Source: Antedon mediterranea (Eukaryota > Animalia > Echinodermata). Taken from it: a DNA stretch of 64,000 nucleotides. The stretch's first letter is position 1; each line of letters starts with the position of its first letter. The notes below the pieces were generated by a model. That model saw nothing but the letters and a program-made list of their open reading frames with translations. It had not been told where the DNA came from and did no database searches. The stretch covers positions 34,717,648 through 34,781,647 of the forward strand of contig NC_092673.1 in NCBI RefSeq assembly GCF_964355755.1. The letters run 5' to 3'. Position numbers and translations under genes: made by a program. Of this stretch, positions 36,286-49,335 are shown piece after piece.

Positions 36286-38892
36286 AAGCAGGGAAGAGTT
36301 AAATTACATGGAAAACTCACGGACCTTACATCAAACGTTACAACGCGCGGCACCGCCGATTCGATTACATAATCAACGGATGTTCGCTCAAGACGAAGTA
36401 ATTGCTTTGCGCATGCCCAGAAGCGATTGTTTTCCGGTCGGTGACCGCATGCAACAACACACTACTGATGACGTCTTCGTCGAACCGCCCCCCTTGGTAA
36501 CCTGACGCATTAAACTTTTTCGATATATATCGCGACGTAGTCGTCCAATTTGTATTTTCCGTTTTTAGAAAATTTCCGTACGCACATTTCAAGTATATGT
36601 AATAGGCTAGGCCTACTTGCTACACCAGGTCCTACTTCAATCTAGGGCTAGTAGGCCTAGGCCCTAGCTAGTAAGAATGTAATTGGCACTCCTAGCTAGG
36701 CTGGCCCTAGTAGGCTAGCCTAGTTACTTTATTTAGCCTAAAATAGGCCCTACTCAACTACTACTAGGCTAGGCGCGCGGCCTACAATCTTCTCTTCTGG
36801 CTAGCTACCTAGGCCTATTTCGAATTGATATGCTTACCAAACTAAGTTAGCCTGATCCTGTTTTAACAATAAGAGTGTATTTGTAGGCTACTCGGCCATT
36901 AAAAGTATCTCCTGTGCGCGCCAGTTGCATGTACCGGTAGCCTACCTAGGTCTAGGGCCAGGCCCAGAGTTCTTCCCTGCCTGAAAATAATTCTGCATTG
37001 TATTATTATCAGTTTTACATAATAAAAATTAAGAGATCCAAATTAATAAAACATATTTCTTATTTTTTTAGGATCATTGTGTGAATACTATAGTATAATA
37101 ACAATAAATACAAGTGAAATGGATGTTGGTGAGGCCATGGAGCTTTTAGAGATAATTGATGTGTTCGATAATGAGTGGACAGATTATGATTTTATGTGAA
37201 CTGTATTGTGCTGGGAGGTCAAAAGTATAGAAGAAACTAATTCTTTCCTATAGACTACACCAATGACTGGTTGAAGTGACGTTCAAGGGGGAGGGGGTGC
37301 TTTTCACATAAAAGATGATGTGTATTAATTTGTTTTTTAGAAACTTAGATTTAGAAATGGAGAGGTTTTTGTCGCTAAAGGGAATGTGTAATTCCAATAT
37401 CAAACAGAGTATTATTATCACACACTGGTGTAACTTAACAAATAATAAAATAAAAGCAAAAGACAAAAAAAGTTTAAGGTTGGAGTTGTAAATTTATTTT
37501 GTATAAAAATCAGTACTGTATAATCATGTCAATAAAGGTATATTTCAAAGTATGTATTCATCAAATTATGTGTTTTGTTTTTAGTCAAACCAACATACAA
37601 TTTAGAATATACTTTATTTACAAAACAATTTTTTATTAAAATTGTTACATGATGTCATAATGTTTATCAATACCAGAGTAAAAAAAGAGATTCTTCGTAA
37701 GTACTGAAATATATTTTGTTCCGTGACATTCTTTATCTGCTTCAAATGGCTGAATCAACAGATTTACAAAACAAGTATCAATTTAAAATAACTAATAAGT
37801 TATGACTGTCAGATTTTCCCATCTCCCAAGGCAACTCCTTTCTATACTGAAATAGTTTTCTATTCTAGAGCATCCTGGTTGTTTTTCTCACGGAAAAAGT
37901 ACACAATCCGTCTTGTACTATCAGGCTTCTTCTGTGAAAGGAATATCTTGGCCATGTCAACAAATGAAGAAACTGTGGATGAAAAAAAGGAAACATTATT
38001 ATATACAGTATTCAAATAACAAAATTCAGAAACCAATACCTTCTGTAGGCAGCATCTTGGGTACCATTGCGATGAATTGCACTTGGATGAAGAGAGGAAG
38101 GCCTAGCTTATTTTAGCTAGCCTAGCCCTAGCTAGCTAGGTAAACCTACTCTACTAGAAGTTTGTTTTAATTAGGGGCCTAGGTCTAGAACTTTCATTTT
38201 ATGTTAGCCTGGTATTTTTGACTTATTTAACAATTGAAAAACTAAAACAGGTTGCCTGACAGAATAGCAATAGGTGGCCGATAGGCCTAGCAACAGCGTC
38301 TATCTGGAATAGCATGTGGGCGGAGCTTACCAGCATCTCGCCGCCGAAACTGAGTAAAGGTGGTTCAGAAATCTTTTATTTTTGGTATTTGGTCGGAATT
38401 GGTCGCAAATAAAAACGGGACCACAATATATATAGATGTTATTGGTTTCACATATCTGAGCTAGACATTAGGCAATTTTAGGCATATGTCTCTAAATGCT
38501 GATATAAAAGACGATACATTTCGTAAAAGGCCATTGCATACTTACCGAAAATCCACCTAAAAAGCGTGTTTCTTTGTGAAAATACACATTTTAAAAAATG
38601 GAAACGCTTGTGTAACGTGTGCAAAATAGTCTCAAATCAGTCGTTAAGTGTTAAACCACTTATTTTATTTTAAAAAACCAAAAAGGATTTCTGAAAAAAA
38701 ACGACTGGTAACAAGTCTAATGCCAATCTACACGTTGGTGGCAGCATATTCAGTAATTGGCGGTGCCGCGCGTATGGGACCAAAGGGGAAGTTAGTTTAT
38801 TCATAAAACAATAGAGAACAATAGCGATTTAATTGCATTAACACGCCTCAACGGCTCGTGAGTTTTCCATGTAATTTAACTCTTCCCTGCTT
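36286..38892. mobile_element. ~2.6-kb TIR DNA transposon derivative
   Basis: 36-bp perfect inverted repeat AAGCAGGGAAGAGTTAAATTACATGGAAAACTCACG (36286-36321 / 38857-38892) plus inner IR ACGCGCGGCACCGCC (36343-36357 / 38759-38773). Confidence 0.75.
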
Positions 38893-40757
38893 TTAAGGTT
38901 ACATACATTACAGAAAATAATCAATTTAGTTTTTGTAATTTGATGTTTGAATAATAGAAACAAAATCCGATTAAGAACGTTAAGTCAGTCTCATTATTAT
39001 TCTTTCGTTAACGTGCCAAGAGACTCATACTAGTATCGATCGATGATCATGGGAGCCTCATTGTATGACCTTTGGAATTTTCCTAAAGGAACCATCTTTG
39101 TAATATCTACTTGTAGAAGAATACTATGTATTAAATTCATTTTATTTGTATTTGATGTATAGCCATGTTAACCTTAAACGCGCAAAAGTTTCACAACATG
39201 ACAATACTGTAGGCCACTGTATACATTTTAAGAATTATGAGGCTACTCGATCGATTCGTCAGTCTGATCCGATTATATATTTCACACAACATAATGCGAT
39301 CAATGTAACTGTAAAAACAAAATATACTAGGCTCATTTCACCCAGGGCATTAAGAGGCGGGTCCCGATATAAAAAGAAGGCGTTGCTTGTCTACATGCAA
39401 AACACGGATGCGGCTCCTGCTGTGACTGCTAATTCCTGTGGTCTACCATGGAAAAAACTATGTTTAGGTAGCGCCTCGCACTTTTGTCAAAAAGTGTGAT
39501 GTGCCCAAATATTGTAGATATGCCCGGAATGCCCAGATATGTGATTATTTGTTGTGAAATAAAGTTTGATAGAACTTCCACTGGAATATAGTAGGTTTTG
39601 TTTTGTTTGATGACTTACAAGAAATGGAATTGATGAATTGATTGAATAAAACCATCTCACAGGGCAAGAGGTCTGTTAATTGTTGAAATTTCAATTAAAC
39701 CATCTGTTCAGGTTAATTTTATACCTCTATGATCTGGTTATCCACCTTCGGTCTACTTGGTGGCCCCTGATCAGAAAATTACTCGTATGATAATAAATGT
39801 AAATCATCGCTAATAATAATGCAATTAAGTTTAAGTCGATCCGAGTTGTATTTAAATTAATTAGTAGGCCTAAATTGAGTTAATAACTTCATAACAATTT
39901 ATTTCAGGCCGCGATAATAAACATATTTTGATTTTAATTCAACCGTCTTAACTGAACTTATTTATTATATCTCTTTTATATGAGAGGCACGTCTCAATGA
40001 GAGATGTGCAAAGCCTAGATATAAGGTAGTAAATACAATTAAACAGAAAAACAAATTTAAAAATATTTAAAAAGTATGTTGTCATGACAATTAACTTATA
40101 TAGTAAACAAAAACATAAAATAAACTGAGAAACATTAAGAACTAAGAAATGTAGGCTACAAAAGTTTGAGAAGGAGTTGTAGATTTTCGTGTGTTTCAAT
40201 GCCATCGTGGGGTAAGAAAATATTTTTAATGATTTTTGTCGAAAGTTTTACTTGCCAATTCGATACTTATCATAAGTTAATTAAATTGATGTAATTTATT
40301 TCTTCTTATCCTATATTGCTAAATACAGGATAATCATCTATTTTATTTATTATTTGTGATGCGATCTCATGATTCGAAAATCGATTGGATCAGAGATCAG
40401 TGACGTGGCAAAACATATACATGGCCACGTATAAAGTTGAGTGGTCTTAACACATTGGATTTTATTTTTACACAAAAACGGTGTTTTGTTATAGTTTTCA
40501 TATTGAACTTAATATTAATGCTATTTATTTATTTTGTTTGATTTAATAAACTTTATTAGAAATTTCAGGATCAATAAACAGGTTCATTCTGATTTTATAA
40601 GCAATATTTTGCATCGCAAAATTGGGCTGTAAATTTTACAACACGGTTTTTTAATAGTTACAGATAGGTGGCGGTGTTCCGATTTTCTGGGTACCATTTT
40701 TATTCCAATGTGCGAGAAATAGGAAGCATATTGGTTGTGAAAATCAACGTTTTAATC

Positions 40758-43131
40758 ATGAAAGGAGTTATAGAATGCATATTAGTTACCGTTTTGGTAA
40801 TTTCACCTATATCTGGTTTATATTTTCATATAAGCGAAACAGAAAAGAAATGTTTTATTGAAGAAATTCCAGATGAAACTATGGTAATCGGTACGTATGT
40901 TGGCTAAGCCTGTACGATATGCCCACGTATAACGGGGTGAGTGTTGTTAAACCAGGCAGAAGGAGCTACAGGAAGCTGCATAACAAGTGCTACGTCATCA
41001 ACCTAGGCCTAGCTTCTCAATTGAACAACAAGTTGATGCATTTTTGTTTATAAATCTCACAACTATCTAGGCCCTAGGCCTATGCCGGCCTTCAGATTGA
41101 TGATTAATTTAATCTTTAAACTAGTTTCTGATTACGGGCAGTCCAGTATGATATGATGATGTTGATGATGATATTTGTTTGATACATACATAAATACAGT
41201 ATGATTTTTTTTACTTGATTTTACTTGATGTTGAGACTTATAAAGCCGAAGCTTGTGTGTCCCTCGACGTGTTTCTATATATTATCTTGTCTACTATAGG
41301 GGCAAACTTGCAGAAAGAAGTATGATGTATGAATATGATTCTGATTGATAAGTGAATGAGATGGTTTCTATTGTAGGAGGGGTTATACTTATTTATGTGA
41401 AAATAAGTACACATGCTAACAGTATATTTAACTTCTTAGGCCTAGGCCTATATTCTAAAAAAAATGAATAATAAACCTAATAAAAGTCCTATCCAACCAA
41501 ACTATGACCCTCTAAATGTTCTTTAACTCAAAAAGTAGTAGTACAGTAGTAAACGACATTGTATCATACAGTAAAGTATACTGTACCCACTACCACCTTG
41601 TTGTACTTCTGATCAGGACCTCTGTTCGTCTGTTTGTTGCACAAGATATGATGCTATCCCATTTCTAATCCTTTGTTCATGTCGACTGGAAATTGTGACC
41701 AAATATTTTGTTGTGGTTTAATTGTAATATCCCGGTTATTATAATTAGATAGGGGTTACTCAAGTTCATGCAAACAATTTAACAATTACTTCATTGTCTA
41801 TATTACAGGAAATTACAAGACCCAATTATATGATAAGAATATCAATGACTTCCTACCATCAAGTCCTGGTATTGGCATGCATGTAGAGGTCAAAGATCCT
41901 GACGACAAGGTCTTATTATCTAAGGTGTATAGCGACAAAGGACGTTTTACTTTTACATCTCACACACCAGGAGAGCACTTAATATGTTTATACTCTAATT
42001 CTACCAAATGGGGTATGTTCAACAGTGGAAAAATGGTAAGATCTCAATCCTAACAAATGGTACAAATCCTTAAAAAATATCATTGAATCTATTGCTAATT
42101 ACATGCCAATAAAAATTAAATGTATCAATTATGTACAAGTACAAGCAAAGGTATACATTAACAAAATAATAATATTAACATTATAACACATTTGAAAACT
42201 TTAAATGTTTTAAAACATTTTGAAGAATTAGACTTTCCATTTAAAAATATATTGTCCCAATCAAAAATTCACCTAAAAAAATGTTATATAAACATTACTT
42301 TCAAGTACCCAGTGTTTTCTAGAGTTAATAGGGTGGATGCAAGGCCTTTTATAAGTTTTAGACTGGGCTCAAGGCTCTTAAGGTTGGTGTCTCTGACCAG
42401 GCCAATTACATCCATGCTCTACAACTACAATAATAAAAAAACAAACATTGAAACACCGATTGAAAGAGCACAAGTTGTTTTGTATACTTACAATGCTATT
42501 TGTTTGATTGTTATTTGCAGAGGATACACCTTGAAATTGAGGTAGGAGAACATGCTAACGATTACAATCAAATTCAAGAAAAAGATAAGATGACAGAGTT
42601 ACAACTAAGAATACGCCAGCTTTTAGATCAGGTTGAACAAGTTCAGAAAGAACAGAATTATCAGAGAGTAAGTCTAATGTTGTATTTAGTTTATGTAAGA
42701 AAAGTGCTTGAAAGCCTGTTTGAAAAACCAAAGGAGGGCTACCATCATTTTCTGATAACTGTAAGTTTGTTCCAATGAGCTTTAATTAGAGGGCTGAATG
42801 TTATAGCAGTTCTAAAAGTTATTCATGGAGAGGAAACAATAAGATGGTGGCTGCAATCGACCATTTGATACGTCCATACGAAGTCACTCACTAAATTACT
42901 GCGCCTGTTGAGTGTAAAACGTCAGAAGTATTCTTTACTTGAGAAAAATTAATTTTAAAAATTGCTCGTTTTTTATTTTAGTATCGTGAAGAGAGATTCC
43001 GACAAACCAGTGAAAGCACCAACCAACGTGTACTATGGTGGTCCCTTGGACAGACGGGTATTTTGCTCATTACCGGCTTCTGGCAAATGAGACATCTCAA
43101 GAGCTTCTTTGAAGCCAAGAAACTTGTGTAG
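40758..43131 (+). CDS. TMED9: p24 alpha-family transmembrane emp24/GOLD domain protein (TMED9/TMED4 ortholog)
   Basis: Exons 40758-40890, 41809-42035, 42521-42667, 42981-43131. Signal peptide, then '[28 protein letters not shown]', '[17 protein letters not shown]', '[11 protein letters not shown]', C-terminal 'SFFEAKKLV*'. Confidence 0.95.
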
Positions 43132-43316
43132 TTCTTTTTTATCTTGGGCATTGTATTCTTTTTTTTAATATAATTTTAAGTGCAAATTGTGTTTATTTTT
43201 TTCTCTTTTCTGTCTCTTTATAGCCTTGACATTTTCAAATTTTCAATTAAATAAAGTATATCAAATGTTGCACCCTTGATATACCATACTCTCCCATGTA
43301 AGCACTTCACCCTAAA

Positions 43317-43508
43317 GGGCCCATTTACACAGACGAGCAGTAACGGTAAGCGGAAAACTGCGTAGCTGTCCTACAGAGAATCTGTATCTTTTAACGCTCT
43401 TCCGCTCCGTGTTTTGTGTAAATGGTCATAAGAAATTACATAGATTCTACATTTTGTTTTCCATTTATCGCTTACAATTACCGCTTGTCTGTGTATGTAA
43501 ATTGGCCT
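43317..43508. mobile_element. MITE (TIR ~GGCCCATTTACACAGAC), Harbinger-like, downstream of the TMED9 stop
   Basis: gggcccatttacacagacgagcagtaa...ttaccgcttgtctgtgtatgtaaattggcc, in TAA/TTA context. Confidence 0.65.
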
Positions 43509-43793
43509 TAACGGAATATTTTGGACTGATGTTAGGAAACCTTGCAACTATTCATAAAAATAGCATTTTGTTACTGTATTATGTTATAAATCTATTATTT
43601 ACAAATCTTTATTATCTGCGTGTTGCATAATAGAATAGATTCTCACAGCATGTTTTACTATATACACTAATTAAAGTTGATCATTATATTTATTATTTCA
43701 CTGTACCATACTGTGCTCTCATGTTTCATGTTAATGGCCTTTATTTTTTTGGTTCGTTTGCACGCCAACTTGTTTGAACTGCAGCACATCTAA

Positions 43794-43958
43794 AGGCCTT
43801 CCTACTCAGACAACGTCGACAAGGCTTGTCGGGAGGAAATTAAACATATTCAAAGTTCTCCCGACGACCTAAAAACTAAGCCTGACGCTATTTCAAGACA
43901 TCTCGCCTTGTCAGGATTTGCCTCTGACACCGATGAGTCGAGCTGTCTGAGTTGGCCT
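43794..43958. mobile_element. MITE (TIR ~AGGCCAACTCAGAC); partial relative at 44682-44840
   Basis: Shared internal 'ttaaacat...gttctcccgacgacctaaaaacta' and inverted termini. Confidence 0.65.
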
Positions 43959-44990
43959 TAAGAATACATGGGGAATTCCCTAATTTGATGAGTAAAGACA
44001 CAAGCACCACAGACAATGTGTCAAGAATCACAAAACATTGTTGCTGTGTTAACAATTGGCTAAACATTAAAGTAAGAGTACATACCGCATATATTTTATA
44101 TTATTTAATTGTAGTTATCATTTTTGAGGAAATAATTCAATCTTGTTTCAGTGTATAATAAAGGACAGTACATTGTTCTTGAAATAATACAGTTTTCAAT
44201 CTATTCAAATATGTAATCACAATTTAATTAAAAGAACGTATAATTTGTATTAAATTTAACCAAAATATATTAAAAAAGAATGTAAATATGTGATTCATGT
44301 ATGACTTTTCAAAGTTATACACTTTTCCTTAGGCATTTCAAACCACTATGCTCTTTAAGTTGATATATTTTTCGATGTTGGTAAAATAATCTCCTTAATA
44401 AATGTTATCTAATTTGTATATTTATGTTACAAGAAATCAGATTAACATAGAATTACCAACTGTTGTCCATTTTCATTAGTTTTCATTTTAAATTCTGTGA
44501 GTATAGATAATAGTTGTATTGTCATTTGTAAGCTTCTCAATGTGACTTTTCTATCTCGTTGATTAACACAAAATCTAGTCTTTAAATAAGATTGAAACTT
44601 GTTTTATTTTCGGTTGTTTGTCAATTTGTGTTGTGGATTGAAAAATACATCATCATTATCTGTAGTACATCATCATCTGTCAAGGCCAACTCATATTGCA
44701 TTGTTTGACGAGGCCCGACGAAGATTAAACATGTTTAATGTTCTCCCGACGACCTAAAAACTACGGCCAATGCCATCACAAGACGACTCATCTTATCTGG
44801 ATTCAAATCGGACAGCACCCATGAGTCGACGGGCCTCATCATACGATTCTGTTATTGAATTTTATTGAATTATTTTCAACATTTTATCTCTGTAAACAAT
44901 TAATTACAAACAAAATACATACATCCAGTCTGTGTACAGTAATATGTTCATGTTAAAATAAAAATCATTGCAAAAGACATTGGTTTCTTA

Positions 44991-45140
44991 GGCTCTCTGT
45001 CTACACTATCAAACTTTATGTGATGTACCCATATATGCACATAATGATGTCATATGACTACCATATTTGGGCATATCACCACCATATTTGGGCACATCAC
45101 ACTTTTTTTGTCAAATTAGTTTGATAGTGTAGACAGAGCT
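44991..45140. mobile_element. MITE family A copy with TTA on both sides
   Basis: tta|ggctctctgtctacactatcaaact...agtttgatagtgtagacagagct|tta. Confidence 0.85.
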
Positions 45141-45790
45141 TTAGTAGCCCTTCATTTCGCCTAATAGTCCAATATTTCTTTACTCCATGATAATAGATTT
45201 TGATAAAACAGGCTTTCAAAAATGATATATTTACATGAATAATTTTTATGTGTAATCAAATCAGTTTTAAAGTTATTCTATCTCAAATTCTGTTAATGGT
45301 GACATGAAGGTTTGTGTGGTTAGTTTTGTCATGGAGGTAATTCTAATTGTATACCTCCGTAACGTGACGTGTGACGTTAATTTTTAGAATCAGAAAGTGA
45401 AACAGGAAATGAGGATTGACGGTGTAGATAGAGCACTGATTGTAAGTTAGTGCTGCCCTCATACCACAACTTATGTCTACACACTATAATATTAAATATG
45501 TATTTTCCCCAAAAACATGACAAATTAAGAACACTATCAGACTTTGAATGTACCATTTTGGCAGTTTTATTAAAGATATTCATTTCCGTAAAAAAATGAA
45601 TAAAAATAATGATTTCATTTATAAAAAAGTAATATAAATTAACCAAAAACCCATGGTCTTTTGCCTTCATATGACATTTTCTTTTTGGTAATTCTTTTCT
45701 AATACAATTTTTTGGTCAAAATGAATTGTGACATTAAATGTCATATTAAGAAAAAAATTATTTTTCAGTGGAAAATAATTACATCTTTAA

Positions 45791-45880
45791 AGCTCTGTCT
45801 ACACTATCAAATTTTATGTGAAAACAAATGTGATGTGCCCATATATGAACACAATGATGTCATATCACTACCATATTGTG
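45791..45880. mobile_element. MITE family A, truncated
   Basis: Left TIR and internal body present; right TIR missing. Confidence 0.7.
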
Positions 45881-46531
45881 AATATTACTATACAATTTCA
45901 CTCTCCATGTATATTATGACATACCTGACCTGACATATGAATATATTTCATACATACTTCATAATGATGAATTGATACCTTTAATGTATACCTGATGACA
46001 GCAGAACGTGTGGTCAATATTACTAATACAGTATTCATTTTAAATCCGGGAAGAGTGAGAATCAGGAACAGGACAATTGACTTAAAACATCAGTTTTTAT
46101 TACGGAAGTATATAAGTTTATAGCATAAAGACACGGTAATGATAACTTTATTTGTTTTTTCTATCGGTGGCAGACATCCTTAAGTTAATTATACAATATA
46201 ATTAAAATTTTAAAAAGAATAAAAACATGAACTGGACACTATTTAGTTCATTCATTGAGAAAATATCTTTTGTACATCAAGGTAAAGATATAAAAAGTGG
46301 ATTATCTTTCCTTAATCCAGGTTTATAAAGAATAAATTAATCCACCTTCAGTTAATACTACTAATCCTGATTTATTGCATTTCCTTGAAATAAACCTTTA
46401 AATCCTCAGTTTTACTATCATTTGTAGTTCAAGGTAATTTTCCATCCATCCTAAAAATGTTAGTATGTAGTAATTATTACAAACACCTGATTGTGCATGG
46501 TATATGTTGTGTGTACAGTGTATATGCAGTA

Positions 46532-47423
46532 ATTTCCCAGTACAGTACTGTACCCAACAAGTTATTTCCCAGTACAGTACTGTACCCAACAAGTTATTTC
46601 CCAGTACAGTACTGTACCCAACAAGTTATTTCCCAGTACAGTACTGTACCCAACAAGTTATTTCCCAGTACAGTACTGTACCCAACAAGTTATTTCCCAG
46701 TACAGTACTGTACCCAACAAGTTATTTCCCAGTACAGTACTGTACCCAACAAGTTATTTCCCAGTACAGTACTGTACCCAACAAGTTATTTCCCAGTACA
46801 GTACTGTACCCAACAAGTTATTTCCCAGTACAGTACTGTACCCAACAAGTTATTTCCCAGTACAGTACTGTACCCAACAAGTTATTTCCCAGTACAGTAC
46901 TGTACCCAACAAGTTATTTCCCAGTACAGTACTGTACCCAACAATTAATTTTTATTTTTATTATTACTGTAAATAATCATTGTATATATTTTATAATTTA
47001 TATTTATATTGGTCTTGTTTTTTTTTTTTTTGTAAAAATCTACTGTAATATTATACCTTATTGTGGTTACCATTATAACAAATGTACGATTGATTGAATA
47101 AAGTTCACATATAGTCTGTATTTCCCAGTACAGTACTGTACCCAACAAGTTATTTCCCAGTACAGTACTGTACCCAACAATTAATTTTTATTTTTATTAT
47201 TACTGTAAATAATCATTGTATATATTTTATAATTTATATTTATATTGGTCTTGTTTTGTTTTTTTTTGTAAAAATCTACTGTAATATTATACCTTATTGT
47301 GGTTACCATTATAACAAATGTACGATTGATTGAATAAAGTTCACATATAGTCTGTATTTCCCAGTACAGTACTGTACCCAACAAGTTATTTCCCAGTACA
47401 GTACTGTACCCAACAAGTTATTT
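46532..47423. repeat. 32-bp minisatellite plus a 236-bp duplicated block
   Basis: Unit atttcccagtacagtactgtacccaacaagtt (~13 copies), then two copies of [~174-bp spacer + ~2 units] at 46945-47180 and 47181-47416. Confidence 0.95.
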
Positions 47424-48408
47424 GTCATTTGTCTGTACAGTATTCTGTGCAGCCATTAAAGAGTAAATAAAGTATGGGACTATCTTTTAGGTACTGCACA
47501 GTCTAGTCTCCCACAACCATAAATTTGAGTTCCTTTGAATATTTGATAAAACATTGAAAATAAATTGAAACACGACATTCATTTATATATATGTTTTTAT
47601 TCACACATTTAAAATGTTACATACATTAAAATATTCATAAACAAATCCTTCATGCAAAAAAAATAATGGTTTGTCTTTTAGTTTTGCAGACATTACATCA
47701 CAACTACATGTCTCCTTAAAACCTCTTTTAGCCCTGACGAACATACACATTTGATCATTAATTTATAAAAGAGAAATTTTGGTTTTAAAATTGCTTTTGA
47801 TCAGTAAAAAGTATAATCATTGGTGATTATATTAATACTATTTTTTTACATAGTTTTATTCCACTTAATACATCTTACAAAAGTGGTATGTAAATAATTT
47901 ATTTTTATAATTATTTGTGCCCCCTTTAAAAATAAAATCTGCATCTTCTTTAAATTCTGCTTAAAGACGAAAAAGCTAAAATAAAAGATGTTCTATTAGG
48001 CCTAATTGGTGTGATTGATCTCTTTTGTAAAACAATTGGCTCAATTTTCTGCCCATAAGTTGACAATTTTAGTCTTTAGCAAACAATTGCTATAGTTATA
48101 ACAATTCTTTTTAATATACTTTTTGATGATTGCAAAGTGTAACAAATTGGGTCAGTATCAAAATCATTTTTTTAATATAGATTAAGACTACAGAGAATAC
48201 TGTAATATTTTATTTCCGAGCATCAGGGTTAGAATCAAAACAATATCTAATACTTGTTTTTGCTGAAAATAAATAAATACTTAGTACAAAAGAAAAACAT
48301 AACATAAATCTTGCAGAAATAAAAATTCCTTGTTAATCATTTAAGCCTTTTTTATATTACAAAATACAAATGTGCGGCATACTATATTGTTGTTTAATGT
48401 ATGTTTAA

Positions 48409-48788
48409 AGGGTAGCTCCGTCTGGTTTAAATATAAGCATTAATTATAACCTCAGTTATTTGTTGACAGCGCTTTTTAAAAAAGAATTACGTTATAATAC
48501 CCACATTTTACTGATTTTCAATGACTTACAATTTGTAAGCCATTTGTAATAAACATAGTATTTTTTTAAAAGTCAAAAATGCCTCCAATTTACATAAATA
48601 AGAGTCAATATTCAATGCATTTCCTATCTTACAGCATAAATTCTGTGGTACCACTTGATAAAAATGGAGGCTATTTCTAGACGCTCTCTGTTTCAGTTGT
48701 TAGAAAATAACTGGGATTATTAACAATTTGGTTGCAAAGGTTCATATTTTATAATAAACAATAACAACTTTAAACCTGGAGCTACCCT
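48409..48788. mobile_element. Kolobok-like MITE with TTAA TSD
   Basis: TTAA|AGGGTAGCTCC ... GGAGCTACCCT|TTAA. Confidence 0.8.
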
Positions 48789-49335
48789 TTAAGATTACTA
48801 GGAAGTCTGATGGCTTTAATATGAGTAGTGGATTCAACCACCAGGTAAAACAGAAATTAAAAGTGATATGGGACTGTTTACTTGAACATGGAGCTACCCT
48901 TTAAGATTACAAGGAATTCTGATGGCTTTAATATGAGAAGTGGATTCAACCACCAGGTAAAACAGAAATTAAAAGTGATATGGGACTGTTGACTTTAAAC
49001 CTGGAGCTACCCTTTAAGATTACTAGGAAGTCTGATGGCTTTAATATGAGTAGTGGATTCAACCACCAGGTAAAACAGAAATTAAAAGTGATATGGGACT
49101 GTTTACTTGAACCTGGAGCTACCCTTTAAGATTACAAGGAATTCTGATGGCTTTAATATGAGAAGTGGATTCAACCACCAGGTAAAACAGAAATTAAAAG
49201 TGATATGGGACTGTTGACTTTAAACCTGGAGCTACCCTTTAAGATTACTAGGAATTCTGATGGCTTTAATATGAGTAGTGGATTCAACCACCAGGTAAAA
49301 CAGAAATTGAAAGTTATATGCTACTGTTGATTTTA
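48768..49335. repeat. 112/113-bp tandem repeat, 5 copies, alternating A/B dimer
   Basis: ggagctaccctttaag starts at 48778, 48890, 49003, 49115, 49228. Confidence 0.95.

Noticed and set aside
40668-40757. N-terminal extension of TMED9 from an upstream GTG
   Set aside because: The ATG at 40758 gives a normal signal peptide directly before the conserved GLYFHI motif.
46457-47097. 163-aa and 197-aa repetitive ORFs
   Set aside because: Read-through of a stop-free 32-bp minisatellite; no splice or homology support.
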